Assembly (NCBI GenBank): GCA_048013815.1
Contig: CM106586.1
Location: 16,926,001 to 16,990,000 of the forward strand
Length of the DNA: 64,000 nucleotides
Direction: 5' to 3'
DNA from: Setoptus koraiensis
Taxonomy: Eukaryota; Animalia; Arthropoda
Position numbers and translations under genes: made by a program. Shown one piece after another: positions 21,944 to 34,907 of the stretch. Positions within the stretch are counted from its first letter, which is position 1. Every line of letters starts with the position of its first letter. The notes below the pieces were generated by a model. It saw only the letters and a program-made list of their open reading frames with translations. It was not told the DNA's origin and searched no databases.

Positions 21944-24900
21944 ATGAAATATTATCGCCTCAGAGTATTCAGTAAATCCAAATATAAATCTATCAAATAT
22001 TTAGAAATTTTAACACTACTGAATTGGACTTTTTCTCTACTGTTCCGGTGTCATTACTGTGAAGAGGAAATTACTAATTCAAACATAATCGCAACACCAT
22101 CGAAACCGCACCTCAAATTGAAAGAATTGCCTCAATTATATTCTGACTTTTGTCCATCATGCTCAACTTTAGGTAGGCAATAAAATATGCCTCTACTAAT
22201 AGTGACTAAAGCAAAGCAGAGTCTGAAAAAGATCTATCCTACCCATTCTTCAATCTGCTTGATAATATTTTCGTGTAATTTAATGAACAAGTATAGATTC
22301 TGGCCTCAAGAAGAGATGCTTCGAACATTTAGGCTGCACAATTGAATTGCCAACTTATTTCGGACCTAATTATCCGGAAAAGTTGAGCACAACATTCAGA
22401 ATGTTCAACAGAAACACGAATAGCACTTGTGTTAAAGCCATATACGATCCAGTAGAATATTGTATAGAGGATGATAGTAATGTGAGTGCTAAATTCAAAT
22501 CAAAGTTCTCGAAGAGTGCCTCGATGGAAGACAGCAACATCTCCATGTTTGATAACTATGTCCAATTATAAGTCTAATAACCAATCTAGTGTCAAACTTT
22601 TCCCTATGATTTAGATGATATAGCTTCGTATGATTTCAACAAGAGCCTGCGCACCGTCATATTGGTACCAGGTTATCTTACAGGTGACGAAACAGACTGG
22701 GTTGAGTCTACCAGATTGCATTGGCTTGCAATGGAGGATGTCAACATCATTGAGGTGTCGTGGAGCAGTGGAAATCATGGCATTTATTCTAAGGCAGTGG
22801 CAAATACACCAATAGTTGCAAGACAAATAACCCTTCTTTTACATTATCTAGCCCAGTTAAATGGACTAAATCTATATATTGAACTCGCTCCAAAAATATA
22901 TCTCGTAGGCCACTCTTTGGGTGCTCATATATCTGGTTTCGTCGGTCAAGATTTTCTAGGTCAAATAGGTCGTATAACCGGCTTAGATCCAGCTGGGCCA
23001 AGCTTTTGTTCATTAGATAACAATCAAAGATTGGACCCCAGCGACGCCAAGTATGTAGATGTGATTCACACAAACTCTGGCGGCCTAACAACCAGCCTCT
23101 CATATGGGATAACCTGTCCAGTTGGTCACGTGGATTATTATGCAAACGACGGTAGCCGACAACCAGGTAAATTTCCGCTGATATCACACTGCTACTTACT
23201 AACTTTGAATGTTACTTTGAATAACCCACAACCAGTTGCAATTGTTTGATTTCTCTTTTTTGATTTGGTTTTTGAATCGCCAACAACAGGATGCGAGGGG
23301 CTCGTATCAAATAGTATATGGGCTTGCTCGCACGGCAGATCATTTGAGTTATTTATGAATGTCATCCAGAGCACCCTTTACGATATTAAACCCCTGGCGT
23401 ACTATTGTGATAGCTATGATGACTTTTCAAATGGTGTCTGCCTGGGCCGAGAGGAATGCCTCACTGATGATCAAGACTTCAATTCGGCTGCCATAGACGG
23501 TTGCTCTGTTAGTCTCAACTTTATGCATCCGTTCAATGAGCTACCCATGAGTGTACCGGCCCCACCAAATAAATTGTTTTTCGCTACACAGGACGTGAAG
23601 CCTTTTTTCGGTGAGCATAATTTCTTTTCATTCTCTGCTAACATTTGGGCCCCTTTTTCTCGTTCTATTCTAATGTGTCGCATTCAAACTCGTTTTTGTT
23701 TCTCTAAGTCCATCAATATATGATAACTGTGAAAATATTGAACAGCCTGCACTATGAGACAGATTGTTTGAAGATCAAACTCAAATACACCATCGATAAA
23801 TATCCCGAAAGCCAAGCTGTCGATTATATAATACGGAACAACCATATGTATATACCATTTACGAGACAACATGTGCCTGAAAGTTCAGCAATTTATTTTC
23901 CCGAATCATTCAAGCTAAGCTGGTCGGAGGAGAAGTCTAGCTGGTTTAGTTATCTTACATGGTCCATAACGCCAAGGTTTATGAGTAGAAAATCGGGACA
24001 ATCAGACGGTTCCTCTTGTTCCTCCATTAGGCCCATTGATCTTATGATAGCGACCGAAGTTTCTTCTTTGTCCGCCAAACATCGGTGAGTTTATTCTGCC
24101 TAAAGAGGCTATTAGTAGACTATTATTACATTGCCACTAGATTACAAACACTGACCTTGACTTTCTCGATCTCGATGATTGATTGTGCTTTGTGCACACA
24201 AAAAAACAGTCAATTCAAAGCCTTCTATTCCATTTATAAAAGGAATTTAAGCTACTTCACAACACTGGTATCGAGTAGCGACAGTGTTAGGTTGAAGCCA
24301 AACAGTGACCTCACGCTGTACCTCAAAGGATTAATTGAAAGAAGAGTGTCCATCAAGAATAACAGCACTGATATCGACGATCTGTCGGCTCAAGCTGAAG
24401 TTGGGGCGAGCACGGATTCAAGTGATTGTAATAATGATAATAATGATATGGAATTTTTAGAAAATTCGCACGATTCCGAGGAAACTCGAGATCCCTTGAT
24501 AATGATTACCCCCATCTCAGATTCTGTGGATGCAAATGGAAGCCAAAATGGCGACACCGACAAAATGCTAGTGCCAAGCACATCGCCCACTACTGATTCT
24601 TCAGATCTATCAACGTTTAGTACCTCGAGTGCTGCTAATAAATCAAGCCAGTTGGATACAATAGCCATACATGAGTCTACAAGCGTTGCGGAACTTGGCA
24701 GTAGCGATGCAACAACAAACGATTTTCTCATGTTGAGAGAAGATAAAGAAGGATCTCATTGTTGTCAAGATGGAATCTATGTATTATTATTTTGTTCAAT
24801 GGTGCTTATACTGTCTGTGGGATTTATCCTGATCATTTTCATAAAGTCAAACTATAGATTGATGACATCAATGGCCAGAAATGATCTCCATAATAGAACT

Positions 24901-25101
24901 AACAATTCTCCAAGCAATAAGGGCACGTCTTGCCAACCAAATCATTTGTTTGGGACACATTCAACTGAGACATTCATTGAGATTGCGTCATGGCCCCGAA
25001 TTTCAGATGCTCACGAGTTGAGTGAAACAATGTCAACAACCACATTTCACTTGAACTCAAACACAAAAGATAACGAACTAGAGACAAACGCAACCAACTA
25101 A
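21944..25101 (+). CDS. Pancreatic lipase-family (lipase H/PLRP-like) enzyme with Ser/Thr/Asp-rich stalk and C-terminal TM helix, 6 exons, ~847 aa
   Basis: Exons 21944-22172, 22333-22481, 22590-23166, 23290-23610, 23709-24084 and 24210-25101. All are GT-AG and phase-matched (2544 nt). Catalytic triad motifs GHSLG, GLDPA and CSHGRS. PLAT-like segment from VHQYMITV. TM GIYVLLFCSMVLILSVGFILIIFI. The start codon and the last junction are the least certain parts. Confidence 0.85.
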
Positions 25102-25262
25102 TTATACACCAATTATTTGTTACATGTTAAAAATAGCTGGTTACACAAGCGCAACAGTTCGCAAAATAAACTCCATAGATCTGGCGTAACAAACACATCG
25201 TTGGGATAATAGTTTGCTTAAATCTGTACATGCTATTTATTGATTTTCGACTTTTCGCTTAA

Positions 25263-28200
25263 TCATCCAAAAAAGTTTGTCAGATCAAAACGAAGATCGT
25301 AAGCGCTTTTTGAATTAGTTTTGGCGCTCATAAGCGATCGAGTGGACATTCGCGATGCATTCCGGGAGTTTGGCCGAGTCTTTGAGATGGCCATCGGCAC
25401 AGAATGATCATTGTGATCCGCTTCCTCATCACCGGCCAACAAAAAGGCTTCCTCTTGGCCGGGCATACAATGAAATAATCCATTGCTGCCACTAGTGAGA
25501 CCACCTGTAGACATCATGTCATAATGGATAGACATGGGCCTGACTAGATGGGAATGTTGTTGTGTTCGTTGCAACTCGGATGGACACTTGTATATTGCGT
25601 TGTCTTCAATATGGTCTCCCTTTTGTTGCTGGTGTTGTTCATGATTAAAATAGCCGTACTTGTCAGCATGGTCAAATTGATCCATTCTCGTTCCAGTTAG
25701 TTTACTGTCGTTCGTCATCCAAAATAACTGTTTACCGTCCAGGTAATCAGGAGAAGCTGCTGAATAGCGGCTCATCTTTTCACCAACCAGTCTACTTTGT
25801 ACACTTCGGATGTGTTCTAAATCGTTTGATTCGGCAAGCTGTCGCTGTTGTTGTTGCTGATGTTGTTGCAGATCAGCATGAGCATTGTTGTTGTGATGCC
25901 TTCGTTGTCCATCTTTCATTCCATGGTGCATGTTGTAAATGCTACTGTTGTGGTCGTTAGTTGAACTCGCTGGAGATGCACGATTTTCACGATCTGACGA
26001 GCTAATCTCAACTGATGCCTGTGCTGGCTTCTTTGGAGCAGTAATTGTATGCAAACGATTCTCTCTATGCTGTCGATTACCATAATGATCAGCAGTCCTG
26101 GTTGCGGCAAGTTTCTTGAGGAGCTTATCCATAATGGTAATGGTGGATGATTTATCCACGGATTCAGTATTTGTTGGGTCATTCATTCCTCGTTGATGAT
26201 TTGATTTGAATTCATTGTGGTCTCTAATAGACAAACTATTTACGGCCCTATGATTGTTGGCATTCTGTTTTGATGAAGAAGAAATAAATGAAAACATAAT
26301 GAGAATTTTTATATTTTTGGCTAATCGCAAAAGAAATTTTACCTTCCAAAAACTATTAATACGATACTCACTGAATGGCTGGCACTTTCCAACATGTAAC
26401 CACGATCCATTGCGGCTTCAACTGGGCCATCAATCGCAAGTTTATTCCTCTGTGTCAACGAAGACGATGACGAGCATCTCATCAAGATATCATCATCATT
26501 CTCTTGCTGATAGTTGCTTAAATTAACATAGATTGGCTCCTCTCTAGATTTCTTTTTACCATTATTGTCGTTGAGTGTCATACTAGTTTGTTTCATGTTT
26601 TGATGAATGCGATGCTGTTGTCGTTGTTGTGACTCAATCAATTGCTTGTGTCGTCTCTGGAAATCAAGCTTTGCAGCTCTAGAGGCCTGCCGGACAATAT
26701 GGGCCGCAATCATCAGTCTGCGTTGATGTTCCTCATTAGATATGCCCAGTTCTTTCAGAATGCGAACATCTTTTATTTGTCCAAATGAGTCTAGATCATG
26801 AAACCCGTTAAGGGTGAGAGTGGTGAAATATTGTTGCGCTACATTGTCTTCGTCGTTAGAAATAGCACCATCGTCGTCGGTATCATTGGCCAAACCGATG
26901 GCCATCAACAAATGCTCTAAACTTGTCCAATCTTGTTCTCTATCATCGTTGTGTCTTGTTTCTGTGTGACTAGTTATGGAATTAGTATCGCCCTCATGAC
27001 TTTTATCAGCGGCTGTAGTGTCATTTGATTTTATGACTAATTTTGTAACGTACATATCTGACTCAATTGTGGCACAATCATTGATATTGCCTGCAGCATT
27101 ATTTGTCGATCTTACACTTGTGCTGGTATCTAGATTACTGTGACCGGATTTACAAGCGTCCATTTCAGCTTTGTTGTTGTTGGAATCTTCTAATTGCACC
27201 ACATTGATAAATTTGAAATGACCAACTCGTTCATGGCACATACCGATCCAAGTGCCGGACTCATGCCTGGCCAGTATGTCAATTATGTCACCTTTCTTGA
27301 AGACCAGAGCTTCGCGATCATAAGCACAAGCGTCACAATCCACGATTGCACGAGCCTGTCCTATTATCTTCAATTTTCCATTGAAATCTGTGCCAGATTT
27401 CCTGTAGATGCTCTGTTGTCGTTTTAGTTTGCTAGTGGTAGTGGTGCTGGCGGCAGCAGTGGAATATATTGAAGAGGGCTTCGAAAAGAACACTGACACA
27501 TCTTCGTCTTCTTGGCTGGACGACGAGCAAGAAGAAGAGGAAAACATTGAATAAGAGATCTTCGATGATGGTGTAACCGGCCCATTGTCGCGCCCATGCA
27601 ATTGCATTGCATGATTCTTCACTATTGGCGACGCTTTGTTTATCACTTTCTCTACTTGTTGGCAGCGGCTGGCTCCCTCCGAATAAGAGGTCCTGTAAAC
27701 GGCCATTGGTGGACTTGATGACGACAAATCATCGGATTGATTCAGTTGGGAACAACTGAGACCAGAATCGCTAGCACTGGGCAGACTTTCGTCAGAGTAT
27801 TTACTTAACCTCAGAGGGCTAATAGTGCAACTAGCGATGTCAACCAGGTTGGCCCTCTGATTCTGCTGATGATCTGCAATTTGACCCGATGGCTGATGCA
27901 ATGTATAATTCTTTAGATAGAGATCGTCGTTATTGGTGTTATTTTTGCGACTATTTTCATTGTGCACGAAATTGATTTTTTTCTTTCTCGTTATGGTGAG
28001 AAAGCCATTCAATATGGATTTACTATTGCTCTTTCTGTCATCCAGCTCTGCCGAGGGTGGCTGTATGTAAAGAGACTTTCTATTTAATGATAATCGACTA
28101 GCCGACCACAAATTGTGTACAGATTTCGAAGTCAATGTTCTTGACTTTTTGTCATTGCTGAAACTTGTCCCCCCATCGTTGGCCACATTCATCAGCTGCT

Positions 28201-29713
28201 GCCGCTGATGATAAGCTCCATCGTCGTATTGATCCGATACAACATGACTAGAGATGGATTTTTGTAACTTTGATGATTGTTCGTCATTTATGTTGTTTGT
28301 TGACCTGGCCGATTGTTGCTTGCTGCTGCTGCTGTTATTGTTGCTGGTTAATTTATTTTTAAATCTCGCAAACAGCGATAATTTAGCGCCACTACTTTCT
28401 TTTCTTCTAACACTCTTCTTGCTATCGGAGATCTTCTTGGTCTGCAGCACTTGGTCTTGATGCTCGATCGATGACAATCCATAAAAAACCTGCTGATCGG
28501 CCATTCTTCCAGCTCGTCCTCTAGATTTTTGTGACACAATTTCTGATTGATAATTTCTGAAATTGTTGCTATTTTCGAGCTCGTCTTCATAGTAATTGAT
28601 CAGCTCGTCGCGATCGTCAGCATCGTCGTTATCACAGGGTCGAAAATTCAAATAGCTTAATTTGTTAATATCCAAACTACTGCCGCTAGTGCTACTACAA
28701 CTGGAGTTGCCTATTAGATTTAAACAACTATCGCAGGCATCAACTAGATGTTTTTTATCACAACGATTGCACGACTGTTGCTGCTGCTGCGAGGAAACTA
28801 TTCGATTATTAGAAGCAATGCTGTTAGTTAGCTCATTCACCTGTCGATTGCAGCTTAAATTGCAATCATTATTTTGCTGCTTAAGTTGTCTGATTAAACT
28901 GAATTCATGGTCGTCATTTTCGATAAACTTTGCAGCAATCTTATTGTAGTTTAAAGAGGCTCTTCGTTGCCCGTCTAGCAGTCTGACTAATGGATGCAAG
29001 GATGCTGCTGTTACTTTTTCCTGTTGTTTGTCTATGCCAAAAATAGGGAAGTAACGATTTTGTTGATCACCAACTTTATCGTCATCTTCGTATTCATTCA
29101 AGGCAACTTGTGGGCTGCTTATGGCATCTATATCAGGCTTACTCTCACCTTCGTTTTGTTGCCGGATTATGCTATCTGAATAATTTACTTGTTTGTTATT
29201 ATTTAATTGTTGCTGTTGTATGTTGTTGTTTTTGCTAATGTGGCCGCCAACTTGCAGCCTTTTGCCTTGAGTGATGGTGGCGCTGGTGGTTGTGGCGCTA
29301 TCAACGGCGAAAGGTCGATTGGTCGTTTGTTGGCGTACATCTGACTGAGACCGAGTTTCAGGTGATCTTAGTAACGTCGCTGTTGAATGACGCCGACTGC
29401 AACTCGAGTGTGAATTGGACTGAGAATGAGAAAAACACGAAGAAGTTGCGGTGATGGAAAAAGTATTCTTAGTGTTCGCGCTGCCGCCGCTGCTGCTGCT
29501 GTTGTTGTTGTCGCTGTCGTTGTTGCCGTTGTTGTTGCTGTCGTTGTTGCTGTCGTTGTTGCTGTCGGTCAGTGCCGTTTCGTTTGATATAATCCCAACT
29601 CCACCCACTTGTTTAGTTGCCGGCGAGCTAGCAGCAAAGCGGTTGTTTGAATCTTTGATGCAACAAGTGGTTTTGGTATCTTCGCCAGCACAAGAGTCAC
29701 CCTGCTGTTGCTC

Positions 29714-29760
<47 letters not shown>

Positions 29761-32700
29761 GCTGCTGATTTAAATAAAAGTGACCAATGTCATTATTTGC
29801 GACATTGTCTAACATTTGCTGCTCCTTTTGATGTTTCTCAATGGCATGCTCGCCGATTCCAAAGCTCGCCAGTAGCTGTTGGCTCTTGCTTGTGTCTTCT
29901 TTGTCTTTGTGAATATCTTTGCAAATATCGTTCATTATCTGACTTTTGTTGCGAAAGCAGCCCGACTCCTCCTTAGAATGGTCGCTGGAATGGTCGACAC
30001 TACAAGCGACTAGTGTGGCTACCTTTTCTTTGCTCTGCTGTTGTTGTCGTTGACCGCAAGCTGAAGAGGCAACGCTCGCCGACCGTTGCTCATTACAATT
30101 GCCAACAAACCAGTCGTCATCTACTCGCACAGATTGTTCAGTATTGCATAACAATAAATTTGCTTGGCGTGTTGTGTAAGTGTCAGTGTCGTACATTGAT
30201 GACGGTTTGACAAGTGAATTTAGCTGCTGCTGCCGCTGCTGCTGTTCATCAGCTGTCGTCTTGTTGTCGTCGTCATATCTAACCTCATTTTGACCATGAA
30301 TTATTTTGATCACTTTATGGCGATCATCTTTGCGCTGAGCGTGGCTGTTTTTGCAACTGTCAAACTCATTAACCGGCTGCTTTGACGATTCAACACGGAT
30401 CAGTATTGTGGCCATTTTGTTAGCGTTGCTAATTGAGCTGGTGCTGCTGCTGCTGCTGTTGTCGTCGCTGTCCTGTTGTTGCTGCTCAAAGGCAATGGCC
30501 TCTCTAAGGTGTTTCACATTTGTACTACTAACCATGGTTCTGTCTTGACTAACAAGCCACTTGTCGTCTATGTCACTGTTGGTGCCTTGGCTGTCGCTGG
30601 CCGGCTGTGATTGCGCTGGCACCCTTTCAGGCGAGCTAGTTTGTTGTAGTAGCCGAGTGTCCGTTGTTGCGGTTTCATTATTTAGATTTTCATTATTACT
30701 ATTGCTGCGATTATTTAGATTATCATCATTTTGAACGGCCGAGTTAAATGGTTGTGGCTGATAGTATTTGTTGGTTGCATCAAGCAATAACTGGTGCTGG
30801 TCGTCGCATGCAAGATTGTTGCCAACGCCACCGTCAAATCCATTCGTCCATTGCTGTTGGCTTGGCGCTGCTGTTGTTGTGGCTGCTGATTCTAATAATT
30901 TGTATTTCCTATTGAATAAAATGATTGCTCTGTCATCATTTGCATTTGTGTCATCATCGCGGTCGTCATGATCGTGGCGGCGGTCATTAGTGGCGCCTAT
31001 AATAGAGCTGGCGCGTTTAATTGTCGATTGTGAGCCATGACTGGGTGTAGCTGCTATTTCACTTCCACTTGTCGCGAGTTCATTACGCTGGCCGTTCTGC
31101 ATTATTGCCTCTGAATGAAGCTGCAAAATGTGGTCGCTGTTGTCGTTGTTGTTGGCGTTGTTGTTGGCGTTGTTGCTGCTGCCGGCCAATGTCGTATGCG
31201 GCGACTGACCGTCGCCCGATCGGGCCGATTCACTTTTCTTCGCCAGCTCCTCCGACCTGGCCTGTTGCTGTTGTTGTTGTTGCTGTTGTTGCTGCTGCTG
31301 TTGTTGTTGTGTGGCCCGATCGAGATCCAGATTTTGCAACCGCTCCACTGTCTCATCATTGTCCATCATTGTCACTGGCTGCTCCTGCCCAGGCGACTGC
31401 ACCTCCGCGTTTGTTGTTGGCATTGTCGAGTGGCGACCTCTCGTTTCCCTTGAATTGCTCTCGTCCAGCTCTTGTATGGCTGATATTGGATCGAACACAA
31501 TTAAATCTCTGTCATTTTGCATTGATGTCCTGCAACTATCCCCATTCAGGTTTGCACACATTACGGCGCTATTATTTGGCCTATTATCAGCGTTTAAGCA
31601 ATTAATTGTCGTGCCTTCTCGCTCGCTTGTTGTGTCTTGTTGCGGGCCGCCAATTGCAGCTTGCAGCCTCTCATGACTGATTGCACCACCTGTAATATTA
31701 ATTGCCCTGTTACAACAGCCAACATTATTATTAATATTTTGTTGCAAAAATTCCGATTCTCTGGCAGGATTTTCATTTTTTTCATTTTTTTCATTAGTGC
31801 CACCAAGCAACGTATTGTTGTTGTCGCAATTGTTGTCCAATTGTTGCGCCGTGTGCGCCTGTTGGGCGCCGTTATGGCCGCCCGCACCAGTTTTGGTTGG
31901 TTGTGCACAGTCGCTGCCGTTGGCACAACGCGCGCCCGTCAGGCAGTTATAATTGGCAGATTTGCGTAAGGGCGCGCCTGGTTTTAGCGCCGCCAAGCCC
32001 GCCGTCAACTGCGCTCGCTGCCGTGCGCTATCTGCTTGCGCCTCGCATGCGTGCCGCTCTCCTGTGCACCCAATTGTGTCTTTGGCCGGGCGCTGTTCCG
32101 CACTGTGCGCAACAACAACAGGCCGACCAAAGTCACCGCCATATAACAAGTGACTTTGAGCAGCCAGTTTTGGCTCGCTCAGGCACCGATTCAATTGGAC
32201 AAACTGCGAATTCAGTACCACCCTCGAACTCACCCGATCCTCCCTGCCCGCCAACAGAATGCCCAGAGTGCCCGTTGAAATGTCCGCCGGCCCGGCCGCC
32301 CGTCCGGTGCCCGTCGCAATGTCCGCGCACGCTCGTTGGGCCTGCGGTCGCTTGGCCCTGCGAGGCGGCGGCCTGACAAGCGGGTCGCTGGGCGCGTCCG
32401 TGCCCGCTTGGCGGCTCACAAACCGGGCACCGTCGGGCACGTTGTTGTTGTCTGGCGACTCTCTTTCCATTGTGTCGCGGGCTTCGTAATTGGGCAGATC
32501 AGGATGCTCAGCGGCAACGGGTAGCCGGTGCTCGGGTTGCCGCGCCGCATCCCCGGCTGCGCCGCACGCAAGCATGTTGTCCGCGGCGCTCGTCGCGCGG
32601 TCACAGTCCGAGCGGCTCGCGGGGGCGCCCTTGCGGCCGCTGTCCCGCCGGTTAGAGGAGCGACTTATTTCGCCCGAGCGAATAATAGAGAGCTGGCCAA

Positions 32701-33223
32701 TATCCTTTTCATCGTGACAGCGAGCGGCCACTCGTTGTTGCTCGGCCGCGATGGCCGCGTCCAGTCCGTCGCGAATGATTTTCAGCTTCTTTTCTCGATC
32801 GATCATCTCCTGTTGTGTTCTGTCTCGCCGGCTGTTTCGCATTTCGTACCTGGCCCACGGCCACTGCAATTGGCGGCTGGCGCTTCCATCAAGCCTCTCA
32901 TTAGCTCTGTTGTTGGCAGCGCTGGGCGTCGGGTTGGCCGGCAAGTCAACCTTGGACTTGGCGCTCGATTCGTTTTGCCGGTCGCTCAAGCGGTTGCATG
33001 GGCCGCCCGATCGGGGCGCCAAGACACTGTGGTTGTTTGCGCTGCACGCTGGCGCTATTTGCATATCGGCGGCCCGCTGCAAATCGAATGGCGAGACGTG
33101 CTTTTCATAGCCGGCGCACTGTTGTTCGCAGTCGCAATCAACGGGCGGCAAACAAAAGTCCGGCTTCTCTGGCCAAGCGAGTTGTTGCAATGTTGTTGTT
33201 GCTGTTGTTGCTGTTTTTGTTGT

Positions 33224-33255
<32 letters not shown>

Positions 33256-34459
33256 GCGTTGTTGTTGCTGTTACCGGAGCTGCCGTTGCGCAATCGTTGC
33301 AACGCCTGTCGTGTTTTGTTGTGCCTAATTGATGTGAGCCGGCCGGTGCTGTTAGTTGTATCACTGGTTTGCATCTTTTTGACTTTGACTCATTACCTGT
33401 AATAGTATTGTATTTGTGTGTATCGAGATCGTGCATCGACATTGTTGCCTCGTCGTTGTCATCATGCTGGCTATCATCTAATTTGTTGCTCTGTTGCCGC
33501 CGCTCGCCCGTAATGATGTCACGATATCTGTTATCAGCAACAATGGCTCGTTTGCCTTTATCTGATTTGGGCTTGTTCTTGTCATTCAATTTGGTCGCCA
33601 CTCTATTCTTCTTTTCGACCCCGATGTTGCCCTCGAAGCGTTCCGATCTATTCAAATCGTTGCTGCTGCCGCCGCTGTCATTCTCTCTGGCCATTTTGGT
33701 CACTGTTTGCCTAATTGGGCCACCACTGTCGCCTTGGCCACTGTTGGCCCTTGTTTGCCTTTTACATTTTAATTTAAGAAGCCAGTTATAGGGTGAAGAT
33801 GACGCACAGGAATCGTTGTTGTTGTTGTTGTTGTTGTTGTCGTTGTTGCTGCTGTTGTTGTTGTTGCTGGTGTTGTTGTTGCTGGCGTTGTTGCTGTTGC
33901 TGGTGTTGCTGGCTGCCCGCTTGGCGCTCGAGTTCATTCTCGGGATCCACGATCTCTTTGTTGTTGTTGTTGTTGTTGTTGTTTGTTCTTCTTGCTCGGT
34001 CTGGTGCAAGTCGATCATGTTGTTATTATCGGCCGCATTATCTGTGTATCTGTGACGATGCTGATGAATCATTGTCTTGGATCGTTTGAGCTTTGTTTCG
34101 CTGCAGGGGGCATCGGCATGGTCCAACTGGTGCCGTTGCTGTTCATTGTTCAATAATTTAAGAGCGGCCCCCATTTTCTGGTTCAATCTAACGGATTTTG
34201 ATCGCATTGCCCAGTTTGTCGCCGCTTGTTGTTGCTGGTGCTGTTGCTGTCGATTGCTGTTTGCCATCGCTATCAATTCGACGTAATGTTTGCCTCTGTC
34301 TGCGTACAACAGACTATGCTGAGCATGTTGTTGACTGTTTTCGAAACAAAATCTGCCCAAATCCGCCGGCCGAAGCTGGGCCTGCTGCTGGCCATAATAA
34401 GTTAGTCGCGCTGGCATGTCTCTCGACAAGTGATGAATATTGTAATCTAAATAGTTCAT
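25263..34459 (-). CDS. Giant SH3 + SAM domain protein, SASH1/SAMSN1/Drosophila SKIP family, ~3000 aa
   Basis: SH3: IIGQARAIVDC...YDREALVFKKGDIIDIL...GTWIG...VGHFKFINV. SAM: SLEHLLMAIGL...LNGFHDLDSF...LKELGISNEEHQRRL. Intron 26371-26265 (GTGAGT/CAG, phase 0) joins the two ORFs. The start is uncertain: ATG at 34459, ATG at 34525, or an upstream exon. Confidence 0.85.
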
Positions 34460-34860
34460 GGCGATGGTTCGTTGGTAAGTGTCTACGCAATCACACAAAC
34501 AAACGGACACATTCTCTGTGTGCATTGGCAATTCATAGTGATCAATTCAGCAATTCATAGATAGTGATAACAGCAATAGCAAACAGAGATAAAACGGACA
34601 GAGGAAAAGAATTCGTTTGTTGATTAAGAAGTGAAAGGCCAGTGGTGAGTGGCAGTGGTGTTATTGGCCATTATTGGCCATCATTAGACGCCTAATGGGC
34701 CTATTCTTGCCTAAATAAATCATTGTGCGCATTTGAATACATTACGTTACAATACGTTAATATTTGCATCATACATTATCCGCTATAAACAGTGGGCATT
34801 TGCATCCCGTTTGGCGCCAGTCGGGCGTTTGTCCCGTTAGCATCAGCACAACGCAAAGCA

Positions 34861-34907
34861 GCCGAGTAAAATGAGCCGAGTAAAATGAGCCGAATAAAAT
34901 AAGCCGA
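34861..34907. repeat. 14-bp tandem repeat (GCCGAGTAAAATGA) x3.4
   Basis: Two perfect copies, one diverged copy and a partial copy, just upstream of the SH3/SAM gene. Confidence 0.85.

Noticed and set aside
31069-34560. Long plus-strand ORFs antisense to the SH3/SAM gene (up to 266 aa)
   Set aside because: Shadow frames of GC-rich and CAA/CAG-repeat codons, giving polyL/polyC/polyV products.
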